Shown: in pieces, positions 29,040-37,207 of the stretch
Layout: each line of letters opens with the position of its first letter
Numbering within the stretch: position 1 is the stretch's first letter
DNA from: Nocardioides sp.
Lineage (GTDB): Bacteria; Actinomycetota; Actinomycetes; Propionibacteriales; Nocardioidaceae
Direction of reading: 5' to 3'
Assembly (NCBI GenBank): GCA_041634935.1
Contig: JBFJKO010000001.1
Coordinates: 1-39,102 of the forward strand
DNA: 39,102 bases
Translations under genes and position numbers: made by a program
The notes under the pieces: generated by a model
What the model was told of the DNA's origin: nothing
The model's input: only the letters and a program-made list of their open reading frames with translations
The model's database searches: none

Positions 29040-30551
29040 ATGGCGACCCATTCCGCATCCAGTCCCGCAGGCAGTTCCGCAGGCAGTTCCGGCATTCCGC
29101 ACAGCACCGTCCCCGAGGGCTCGACCGAGCACTGGACCGACGGCAAGCGCTACCTGTGGCTGATCGGCCTGGTGGTGCCCTCGCTGGCCTTCCTCGCCTT
29201 CGGCCTGTGGGCCCTCACCGGCTCGGGCGTGTGGTTCTGGGTCGGACCGATCGTGGTGCTGGGCGTCGTCCCGCTGATCGACCTGGTGGCCGGCCTCGAC
29301 CGCACCAACCCGCCCGACGACGCGATCGAGGCGCTGGAGGAGGACCGCTACTACCGGTGGATCACCTACCTCTTCCTCCCGATCCAGTACGTCGGGTTCG
29401 TCGCGGCGTTCTACGTGATCGCCAACGGGGCGCCGTTCGGGCTCGGTGAGCTGAGCCTGGCCGACAAGATCGGGTTGGCCCTGACCATCGGCACCATCGG
29501 TGGCATCGGCATCAACACCGCCCACGAGCTGGGCCACAAGCGCGAGGCCAACGAGCGCTGGCTCTCCAAGATCGCCCTCGCGCAGAGCTTCTACGGGCAC
29601 TTCTACATCGAGCACAACCGTGGTCACCACGTGCGGGTGGCGACCCCCGAGGACCCCGCGAGCTCGCGCCTGGGCGAGAACTTCTACGCCTTCTGGCCCC
29701 GCACCGTGATCGGCTCCCTCACGAGCGCCTGGAACGTGGAGAAGAAGCGCTTCGCCCGCAAGGGCCAGCACCCCTTCCGGATCAGCAACGACGTGCTCAA
29801 CGCCTGGTCGATGTCGGCCGTCCTCTTCGGAGGCCTCATCGCCTGGCTCGGTGTCGAGGTCGTGCCGTTCCTCGTCGTCCAGGCGATCGTGGGCTTCTCG
29901 CTGCTCGAGGTCGTCAACTTCATGGAGCACTACGGGATGCTGCGCCAGAAGGTCGGCAACGGCACCCGTCAGCGCTACGAGCGGGTCGACCCCTCCCACT
30001 CGTGGAACTCCAACAACATCGCCACGAACGTCCTGCTCTACCACCTCCAGCGTCACAGCGACCACCACGCGAACCCCACGCGTCGCTACCAGACGCTGCG
30101 GGACTTCGAGGAGTCCCCGGTCCTGCCGACCGGCTACGCCGGGATGATCGTGTTGGCCCTGGTGCCGCCGCTGTTCCGCAAGGCGATGGACCAGCGCGTC
30201 GTCGACCACTTCGGCGGCGACGTCACCCGCGCCAACATCCAGGCGAGCAAGCGCGAGAAGTACCTCGCCCGCTACCCGCGTCCCGATCACGTCCTCACCG
30301 CGGAGCGACGTGCCGCCGACGAGGCTGCCGCCGCGGCCGAGCTCGCCCGCTCCCAGGACGAGGAGGTGATGGCCGCCCGCTGCCCCGGGTGCGGTCACAC
30401 CTACGAGGTCGAGGTGGGCAACGAGCTGGAGGGCTTCGCCGCCGGCACGGCGTGGAAGGACATCCCCGACGACTGGTGCTGCCCCGACTGCGGCGTGCGC
30501 GAGAAGGTCGACTTCGTGGCGCTCGACCCGTCCGCGCGACAGGAGGTCTGA
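29040..30551 (+). CDS. alkB: Alkane 1-monooxygenase fused to a C-terminal rubredoxin
   Basis: WTDGKRYLW, His boxes HELGH, EHNRGHH, EHYG, LQRHSDHHA; Ala/Glu linker; rubredoxin CPGCG..IPDDWCCPDCG. Confidence 0.97.
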   Translation: MATHSASSPAGSSAGSSGIPHSTVPEGSTEHWTDGKRYLWLIGLVVPSLAFLAFGLWALTGSGVWFWVGPIVVLGVVPLIDLVAGLDRTNPPDDAIEALEEDRYYRWITYLFLPIQYVGFVAAFYVIANGAPFGLGELSLADKIGLALTIGTIGGIGINTAHELGHKREANERWLSKIALAQSFYGHFYIEHNRGHHVRVATPEDPASSRLGENFYAFWPRTVIGSLTSAWNVEKKRFARKGQHPFRISNDVLNAWSMSAVLFGGLIAWLGVEVVPFLVVQAIVGFSLLEVVNFMEHYGMLRQKVGNGTRQRYERVDPSHSWNSNNIATNVLLYHLQRHSDHHANPTRRYQTLRDFEESPVLPTGYAGMIVLALVPPLFRKAMDQRVVDHFGGDVTRANIQASKREKYLARYPRPDHVLTAERRAADEAAAAAELARSQDEEVMAARCPGCGHTYEVEVGNELEGFAAGTAWKDIPDDWCCPDCGVREKVDFVALDPSARQEV

Positions 30552-30555
30552 GCCG

Positions 30556-30747
30556 GTGAGGATCCACGTCGACCGCGACCGGTGCGAGGGCCTCGGCATG
30601 TGCGAGGCCATGGCCAGCGACTTCTTCGAGCTCGACGACGACGACGAGATGCACGTGCTCGACGACTCGCCCGACGAGTCGCAGCGCGGCCACGTGCACG
30701 CCGCCGTCCAGGCCTGCCCTGTGCTCGCCCTCACCCTGTCGGGCTGA
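30556..30747 (+). CDS. Ferredoxin, [3Fe-4S] type
   Basis: 63 aa; VDRDRC-EGLGM-C ... ACP, i.e. Cxx(L)xxC..CP with only three Cys; AGGAGG RBS. Confidence 0.92.
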   Translation: MRIHVDRDRCEGLGMCEAMASDFFELDDDDEMHVLDDSPDESQRGHVHAAVQACPVLALTLSG

Positions 30748-30782
30748 CCCGACGCGGAACGCGGTGTCCTAGGCTCGTGCCC

Positions 30783-31376
30783 GTGAGCAGGACGACGGTC
30801 GGAGCGCGGGGCGAGGTGGCGGCCTCGACCCGTGAGCGGATCGTCGACGCGGCGGTGACCCTCACCGGGGACGTCGGGTGGGCGCAGGTCACGATGGCCA
30901 AGCTCGCCGACGTGGTCGGGGTCAGCCGGCAGACGGTCTACAACGAGATCGGCACCAAGCCCCGTCTCGCCGAGGCGATGATCCTGCGCGAGCTCGAGCG
31001 GTTCCTCGACGTCGTGACGGTGGCGTTCGACGCCCACCCCGACGACCTCGTCGACGCCATCCGCCAGGCCTCGCGCACGGTCCTCGAGCACGCCCACGAC
31101 AACCCGCTGCTCCACGCCGTCGTCTCCGCGACGCACGGCGCCGACACCGAGCTGCTGCCGTTGCTGACCACGCACGCCGACTCGCTGCTCGTGACCGCCA
31201 AGGCCGTGGTCGCCGAACGGCTCGCCGCCTTCGACGTCCCGCTCGCGGCGCACCGGGTCGACGCGGCCATCGACACGGTCGTGCGGCTGGTGCTGAGCCA
31301 CGTCATGCAGCCCTCGGGCAGCCCGGAGGAGACGGCCGACTCGATCGCCTGGATCGCCGGCCGCGTCCTGCGCTGA
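30783..31376 (+). CDS. alkX: TetR family regulator of the alk cluster (AlkX/AlkU-like)
   Basis: TRERIVDAA..GWAQVTMAKLADVVGVSRQTVYNEIGTK HTH; VVRLVLSHVMQP C-terminus; last gene of the alkB cluster. Confidence 0.88.
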   Translation: MSRTTVGARGEVAASTRERIVDAAVTLTGDVGWAQVTMAKLADVVGVSRQTVYNEIGTKPRLAEAMILRELERFLDVVTVAFDAHPDDLVDAIRQASRTVLEHAHDNPLLHAVVSATHGADTELLPLLTTHADSLLVTAKAVVAERLAAFDVPLAAHRVDAAIDTVVRLVLSHVMQPSGSPEETADSIAWIAGRVLR

Positions 31377-31459
31377 AGACGCCCGGCGATTGGCAGCGCC
31401 GACTATTCTCTGGACCACGGGCCCGGCGCAGGATCGGGACGGGTCTCGAGGAGGACGCA

Positions 31460-32728
31460 GTGCGGCGAGCGCGCATGACAGCAGTGGGGCTGGGCGCCCT
31501 GATGCTGCTGCCCATCGCCTGCGGCGCGCCCGGCACCGAGCCCACCCAGTCCAGCGTCGCCGACACCGGCAACGGCAACGGTGAGTCGCAGGACTCCGAC
31601 GGCCGTGAGGCCGAGGACGCCGCGGCGCCCGTCGAGGCGGTGACCACCGAGCTGCCCGACGACCCCGGCGCCGCGCTCGACCCGGCGTACGTCATGGAGG
31701 CCCCCGGGCCCCGCACCGAGGCGATCGTCCCGGCCGACATCCTCATCCAGGACACCGAGCCGCTCAGCGACGAGGTCGTGCAGGAGGTGCGCGACCTCGA
31801 GGGCGTGCGGGCGGCGCTGCGCCTCTCGGTCAGCCAGGTGGTGCTCGAGAACAAGGCCTACACGATCGCCGCGGTCGACCCCGGCCAGTACCGCAGCTAC
31901 ACCGAGGTCTCCAGCGCCGACCTGCAGGAGCAGTGGGACCGCGTCGCCGGCGGCGAGGTGGCAGCGAACCCGAGCCTGCGCAAGCAGCTGCCCGTCGACG
32001 ACGCCGGCTTCCTCGACCTCGGCGAGGCCTCCCCCGCACTGCACATCGGTGCGTGGGCCCCTCAGGTGGAGGGCATCGACCTCGTCGTCAATGCCAAGGT
32101 CGGCGAGGCGCTCGGCATGCCCGAGGGCAACGCCGTCGTCCTCTCCACCGGGGAGGTCGCGCCGCAGACGCTGCGCAAGCCGCTCGCGGCGGTGGTGGGC
32201 GAGGAGATCTCGGTGCAGAACCTCGACGTCGTCTCGCGCCTCGGTCTCGACCCCGACGCCTTCCAGAGCGCCGTCCTCTTCGGCTCCTTCGCCGACGCCG
32301 TCGGGGTGTTCCGCTACACCTCGATCGGGGGCGGCCGCATCGCCCCGGACCCCGCGTGGGTGACGCAGCACATCACGACCGAGGTGGTGCCGATCCTCGG
32401 CTCGGTGACCTGCAACAAGGCGCTGATGCCGCAGCTCAAGGCGGCGCTGGCCGAGATCGTGTCGCAGGGGCTGGAGTCGGAGATCAAGCCCGACGAGTAC
32501 GCCGGCTGCTACTACCCGCGCTTCATCGCCGGCAGCACGACGCTGTCCAACCACTCCTTCGGCCTCGCGCTCGACCTCAACGTCCCGGGCAACCAGCGCG
32601 GCACCGTCGGGGAGATGGACCGCGACGTGGTGGCGATCTTCAAGTACTGGGGCTTCGGGTGGGGCGGCGACTGGCGCTACACCGACCCGATGCACTTCGA
32701 GCTCGAGCAGATCAAGCGTCCCGGCTGA
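31460..32728 (+). CDS. Lipoprotein with C-terminal M15 family Zn peptidase domain
   Basis: Lipobox LLPIA-C; R..SNHSFGLALD (SxHxxGxAxD), WGGDW and DPMHFE. Confidence 0.88.
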   Translation: MRRARMTAVGLGALMLLPIACGAPGTEPTQSSVADTGNGNGESQDSDGREAEDAAAPVEAVTTELPDDPGAALDPAYVMEAPGPRTEAIVPADILIQDTEPLSDEVVQEVRDLEGVRAALRLSVSQVVLENKAYTIAAVDPGQYRSYTEVSSADLQEQWDRVAGGEVAANPSLRKQLPVDDAGFLDLGEASPALHIGAWAPQVEGIDLVVNAKVGEALGMPEGNAVVLSTGEVAPQTLRKPLAAVVGEEISVQNLDVVSRLGLDPDAFQSAVLFGSFADAVGVFRYTSIGGGRIAPDPAWVTQHITTEVVPILGSVTCNKALMPQLKAALAEIVSQGLESEIKPDEYAGCYYPRFIAGSTTLSNHSFGLALDLNVPGNQRGTVGEMDRDVVAIFKYWGFGWGGDWRYTDPMHFELEQIKRPG

Positions 32729-33590
32729 GCGCCTCCCGGAGCTCTGCGGCGACCATCGCCATCGTGGTGCGGGCCCGCTGCGGGTCCTCGGTCAGGAAGT
32801 AGTGGTCGACGCCGGGCGTCATGTCGTGGACGACGTCGACCCCGGCCTCCCGCAGCCGTCGCGCATAGGTGTCACCGTCGCGCCGGAGCGTGTCGCGCTC
32901 GGCCGTCAGCACGACCGCGGGCGGCAGGCCCACGAGGTCGTCGGCCAGGACGGGGGAGGCGTAGGGCTCGGCCCGGGTCGCGGGATCGGGGAAGTAGACC
33001 CGCCGGACGAGCGCCCGCAGCGAGGGCGAGATCATCCCGGCGCCGCTCGGCAGGTCGGAGGCCAGGTCGAGGGCGGGGACGCCGAGCACCTGCAGTCGCG
33101 GGGTGAACGACCCGCGGTCGCGCGCCTGGAGGCACACCGAAGCCGCCAGCCCTCCGCCGCTGGAGAAGCCGCCGACGGCGACCGGCGACGCCTCGGCCAG
33201 CGCTGCCGCCACGTCGTGGCACTGGTGCTGGGCGACCGGGTAGGTGACGTAGGGCCCGGTGTGGAAGTCGACGTTGACGACCCGCACGCCGGCGGTGGCG
33301 GCGACGTAGCGGCACCACCAGTCGTCCATCTCCGGGTAGCGCATGAGCCAGGCGCCGCCGTGGAAGTGCACGTACGTCGGTGTCCCCGAGGTGCCGGCCG
33401 GTGACGGCGCGGCGGTGGCCCGGGGCGCGTCGTACTCGTGGACGGTGACGGTCCCGTGGCGCGTCGGCACGCGGCGGCGACGGGGCTTCGGCAGGTCGGA
33501 GCCGGCGAAGCGCAGCTCCTCGCCGTAGCGCACCGAGTAGCGCGCGGTGGCGTGCATCACGGTCGCGCTGAACCGGTCGGAGATCCTCAT
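32712..33590 (-). CDS. Alpha/beta hydrolase (HSL-like esterase)
   Basis: HGGAW oxyanion motif, GFSSGG nucleophile elbow, ERDTLR and PGVDHYF; start uncertain (ATG 33590 or GTG 33647); 3' end overlaps the M15 gene by 17 nt. Confidence 0.88.
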   Translation of the reverse strand: MRISDRFSATVMHATARYSVRYGEELRFAGSDLPKPRRRRVPTRHGTVTVHEYDAPRATAAPSPAGTSGTPTYVHFHGGAWLMRYPEMDDWWCRYVAATAGVRVVNVDFHTGPYVTYPVAQHQCHDVAAALAEASPVAVGGFSSGGGLAASVCLQARDRGSFTPRLQVLGVPALDLASDLPSGAGMISPSLRALVRRVYFPDPATRAEPYASPVLADDLVGLPPAVVLTAERDTLRRDGDTYARRLREAGVDVVHDMTPGVDHYFLTEDPQRARTTMAMVAAELREALSRDA

Positions 33591-33642
33591 GCCCGGTGTT
33601 CGGAGCGGTCGACGACCCCAGATGGTCGCCGGCCAGCGCTCG

Positions 33643-33662
33643 GTCACAGCGTGGTCACAGCG
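33643..33662. promoter_or_regulatory. MtrA/GlnR-type direct repeat GTCACAGCG-N2-GTCACAGCG
   Basis: Two perfect 9-mers at 33643-33651 and 33654-33662 (11-bp period), a partial third at 33665-33671, between divergent genes. Confidence 0.55.
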
Positions 33663-33737
33663 CGGTCAGCGCATGGTGTCGGGCCACCGGTCGTGCCTGG
33701 CGCGGTCCGTGTGGGTGCGGGGGCTAGTTTGACCGTC

Positions 33738-34703
33738 ATGCGCGCAGCCCAGATCACGACGCTCACCGGACCCGCCGACATCACCGTGGCTGAGATGCCC
33801 GAGCCGACGCCCGGCCCGGACGACGTCCTCATCGAGGTGCACCGGGTCGGCGTCTCCTTCCCCGACCTGCTGCTCAGCCGCGGCGAGTACCAGCTCAAGC
33901 CCGAGGTCCCCTTCTCTCCCGGCGTCGACGTCGCGGGCACGGTCGTCAGCGGCCCCGGCTTCACCCCCGGGCAGCGTGTGGCCGGCGTCGGCGGCTTCGG
34001 CGGCGCCGCCGAGCTGGCCGTCGTCCCGGCGATGTTCACCTTCGCCCTCCCCGACCAGCTCTCCTTCGACGAGGGCGCGGCCCTGCCGATGAACTACCTC
34101 ACCGCCGAGTTCGCCCTCTACGAGCGCGGCGGGCTCCGGGCGGGCGAGACCGTGCTGGTGCACGGCGCCGCCGGCGGGCTGGGCACGGCCACCATCCAGG
34201 TCGCCAAGGGCATGGGCGCACGGGTCATCGGCGTGGTCAGCACCGAGGAGAAGGCCGAGGTGGCGCGCGCCGCCGGGGCCGACGAGGCGATCCTGTTCGA
34301 CGGCTTCAAGGACCAGGTCAAGGAGCTCACCGGCGGCATCGGTGTCGACGTGGTCGCCGACATCGTCGGTGGGTCCGCCTTCACCGACTCCCTGCGCTCC
34401 CTCGCCCCGCAGGGACGGCTGCTGGTGCTCGGCTTCGCCTCCGGCGCGGGCATCCCGGAGGTCAAGGTCAACCGGCTGCTGCTCAACAACGTCGACGTGC
34501 GTGGCGTCGGCTGGGGCGCCTTCGCGATGGTGCGCCCCGGCTACATGCAGGAGCAGTGGGGCCGGCTCGTGCCGATGATGGACGCGGGCGCCGTCAAGCC
34601 GCCGATCGGGAAGACCTACGCCCTCGAGGAGTTCGGGCAGGCGCTCATCGACATGGACGAGCGCCGCACGCTCGGCAAGTCCGTGGTGCGTGTGCGCGAC
34701 TGA
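33738..34703 (+). CDS. NADPH:quinone oxidoreductase family (zeta-crystallin/MDR)
   Basis: GVSFPDLL..GEYQ..PG, GETVLVHGAAGGLG, GRLLVLGFASG, GKSVV. Confidence 0.94.
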   Translation: MRAAQITTLTGPADITVAEMPEPTPGPDDVLIEVHRVGVSFPDLLLSRGEYQLKPEVPFSPGVDVAGTVVSGPGFTPGQRVAGVGGFGGAAELAVVPAMFTFALPDQLSFDEGAALPMNYLTAEFALYERGGLRAGETVLVHGAAGGLGTATIQVAKGMGARVIGVVSTEEKAEVARAAGADEAILFDGFKDQVKELTGGIGVDVVADIVGGSAFTDSLRSLAPQGRLLVLGFASGAGIPEVKVNRLLLNNVDVRGVGWGAFAMVRPGYMQEQWGRLVPMMDAGAVKPPIGKTYALEEFGQALIDMDERRTLGKSVVRVRD

Positions 34704-34877
34704 CCGGGCGCCGATCAGCCCCCCTCACGGGTGATTTCGTGGGACAGCATGCGAGCACCGGTGGCGGCTCAGGGGAATCTTGTCGTAATCTCAGGAACAG
34801 CTCGGCGCGCACCGGTCCACTATCGGTGCCAGCTCCCTCGACCCCCCACGGCCGAGTGCATGGGAAGGAACACACAC

Positions 34878-36125
34878 ATGAACTCCCGTTTCGCTCGATC
34901 CGGTGCGCTTCTGGCCGCTGCGAGCCTGGCGCTGCTGCCGACCGCCGCCCAGTCCGCCGATCCGGTCGTCGCCCAGTCCGGCGCCAACGCGCTGACGCTC
35001 TCGATCGGTGGCAACGCGTTCTCCACCGGTTCCACGGTGGCGACCCACGACGGCAAGAAGCAGACCAAGCAGGGTGAGGTGGAGCCCCCGATCTCGGTGC
35101 TCCAGGGTCAGGGCCTCCTCAACGTCGGCGCGCTCGTGCAGGACGCCGAGACCGAGGTCACCAACCGCAACGGCACCTCCGAGGCCTGCGCCGGCGTCGC
35201 CGGCAACGGTGCCGGAGTGGCCACGGTGGGCGACTCCCAGTGCATCACCCCCGGTGACCCGGTCGGCATCTCGATCGCCAACCTCGACCTCACCGGCACG
35301 GTGCTGATCGACCCCGACTCCGCTGTCGGCGCGCTGGCTCCGCTGAACGCCATCGGCGACCAGCTGCTCGGCCCCATCACCGCCGCGGTGACCGAGGGCC
35401 TCGCCCCGTTCGGCAACGTCTCGCTCGGTGGCACCCTCGGCGCCGTCGAGTCGCGCTGCCAGGCCGACCGCACGACCGCCACCGGCACGGCCAACATCGC
35501 CGACACCGAGCTGGGCCTGGCCATCGAGCAGGCCGGCATCGACGTCGTCCTCGCCAAGCTGCCGGTCAACCCGCCGCCCAACACCAAGGTCATCACCGAC
35601 CTCGCGGTCGTCATCGACACGATCACCAACGCGGTCGAGACGCAGCTCAACGACGGTCTCGACGGACTGGCCGCCCCGCTGGCGACCGTCGTCGACCAGG
35701 TCCAGACCGAGCTCGTCGACGCGATCATCGGCCAGATCGCCCCGCAGCTGGCGCCGCTCGAGGAGAACATCCTCGACATCACGCTCAACAAGCAGACGTT
35801 CTCGGAGGGCGGCAAGCGGATCCTCGTTACCGCGATCGACCTCAAGCTGCTCCCGGCCGCGTCGGAGTTCGGCTTCGACTCGCTCGTCGGCGCCGAGATC
35901 GCCAGCTCGACCTGTGGCCCGAACGGTCGGGTCGCCCCGAGCCCGACGCCGACCCCGACCCCCGAGCCGACGAAGACCCCGACGCCGGAGGTGCCGACCA
36001 TCGTCGACGCCGGTGCGGCCGGTCCGGTCTCCGACGGTCCCGGCAGCCCGCTGCTGTGGGGCATGGTCGCGGTGACCCTCGCGGGCACCGGCGCAGTTGC
36101 TGGACGGCGCCTGCTGCAGCGATGA
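34878..36125 (+). CDS. Secreted, sortase-anchored surface protein
   Basis: Signal peptide ending AQS-A; 4 Cys; PT linker; VPTIVDAG sorting-like motif, TM and RR tail; GGAAGGA RBS; adjacent sortase. Confidence 0.8.
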   Translation: MNSRFARSGALLAAASLALLPTAAQSADPVVAQSGANALTLSIGGNAFSTGSTVATHDGKKQTKQGEVEPPISVLQGQGLLNVGALVQDAETEVTNRNGTSEACAGVAGNGAGVATVGDSQCITPGDPVGISIANLDLTGTVLIDPDSAVGALAPLNAIGDQLLGPITAAVTEGLAPFGNVSLGGTLGAVESRCQADRTTATGTANIADTELGLAIEQAGIDVVLAKLPVNPPPNTKVITDLAVVIDTITNAVETQLNDGLDGLAAPLATVVDQVQTELVDAIIGQIAPQLAPLEENILDITLNKQTFSEGGKRILVTAIDLKLLPAASEFGFDSLVGAEIASSTCGPNGRVAPSPTPTPTPEPTKTPTPEVPTIVDAGAAGPVSDGPGSPLLWGMVAVTLAGTGAVAGRRLLQR

Positions 36126-36132
36126 GGTCCTG

Positions 36133-36774
36133 ATGGACGTCAGCTCCACCGGAAACAGCCCGGTTCTCGGCGCCGAGCGCCGTCGCTGGGGAGTCACCGC
36201 AGTTCTGGTGATCCTCGTGGCGGCGCTCGCGCTGGCCATCCTCGATGGCCCCGAGACCCGGGCTGTGCCTGGTTTTCCGGCTCCCTCCGGCGACTCCGCG
36301 GGCGCCTCGACGTCCGCTGCCGCCGCCCGCGGCGGTGCCGACGCGCTGATCGTGCCCACGATCGGCCTCAACGCCTCGCTGGTCGACATCGAGATGGCCG
36401 GCGACGGGGTGCTCACCCCGCCCGAGGACTACACCGAGGTGGGCTACTGGGATGCCAGTGCGCTCCCCGGCGCCCGCTCGGGCCAGACGGTCGTCACCGG
36501 CCACACCGTGCACACCGGCGGCGGCGTGATGAACCGCCTCGCCGACGTCGTCACGGGAGACCCGCTGCAGATCCGCTACGACGGAGAGCTGGTCGACTAC
36601 CGGGTGCGCAAGGTCGTCACCCTGACCAAGGCCGAGGTCGCGGCGCAGGCCGAGGACCTCTTCGGCCAGGACCGCCGCAAGGGCCGACTCGTGCTGGTGA
36701 CCTGCACCGACTGGGACGGCGCCGACTACCAGTCGAACGTCATCGTCTTCGCCGACGCCTACCGCCCCGTCTGA
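36133..36774 (+). CDS. Class F sortase
   Basis: N-terminal TM; IVPTIGLNA, LTPP..VGYW..PG, VTGHT (His), LVLVTC (Cys), NVIVFA. Confidence 0.9.
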   Translation: MDVSSTGNSPVLGAERRRWGVTAVLVILVAALALAILDGPETRAVPGFPAPSGDSAGASTSAAAARGGADALIVPTIGLNASLVDIEMAGDGVLTPPEDYTEVGYWDASALPGARSGQTVVTGHTVHTGGGVMNRLADVVTGDPLQIRYDGELVDYRVRKVVTLTKAEVAAQAEDLFGQDRRKGRLVLVTCTDWDGADYQSNVIVFADAYRPV

Positions 36775-36783
36775 CCCCGCTTC

Positions 36784-36821
36784 CTCGCCGAGTCGGCGCG
36801 TACCCGCGCCGACTCAGCGAG
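36784..36821. repeat. REP-like 17-bp inverted repeat / bidirectional terminator
   Basis: CTCGCCGAGTCGGCGCG-TACC-CGCGCCGACTCAGCGAG, one mismatch, between convergent genes. Confidence 0.7.
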
Positions 36822-36851
36822 ACGAGGGTGTGGTGCGGGTGGTCGGCCGGG

Positions 36852-37154
36852 TCAGAGGGACTTGAGGACGTGGATGGCGACCTCGCCGGCGAGGAGCGGG
36901 CCGATGACCTCGAACGCCTTGCCGACGTGGGGCTGGGTCATGTGGGCGTCCAGGTCGCCCTGGGCGCTCCACTCCTCGACGGTCACGAAGACGCCGGGGG
37001 AGGTGGCCGACTCGTAGACCTCGTAGGCCAGGCAGCCGGAGTCACCACGCGAGGAGGCGGCGAGCTCGGCGAGGGCCGGGGCGGCCTCGGCGGAGCGCTC
37101 GGGGTCGAGCGGGATGGTCGCGATGACGCGCAGGGTCGTGCTCTCTTCACTCAT
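36852..37154 (-). CDS. ABM family protein (putative quinol monooxygenase)
   Basis: SRGDSGCLAYEV..FVTVEEW...LDAHMTQPH pattern, 100 aa. Confidence 0.9.
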   Translation of the reverse strand: MSEESTTLRVIATIPLDPERSAEAAPALAELAASSRGDSGCLAYEVYESATSPGVFVTVEEWSAQGDLDAHMTQPHVGKAFEVIGPLLAGEVAIHVLKSL

Positions 37155-37207
37155 GGCCCGACCCTAGCCCCCCGTACGGTGTCGACCGTGGCCGTTAGGC
37201 TCGCTGG

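Noticed and set aside
31460-32728. M15 peptidase as a vancomycin-resistance gene or phage endolysin
   Set aside because: No vanHAX/vanRS or phage genes nearby; the lipoprotein signal points to a housekeeping cell-wall enzyme.
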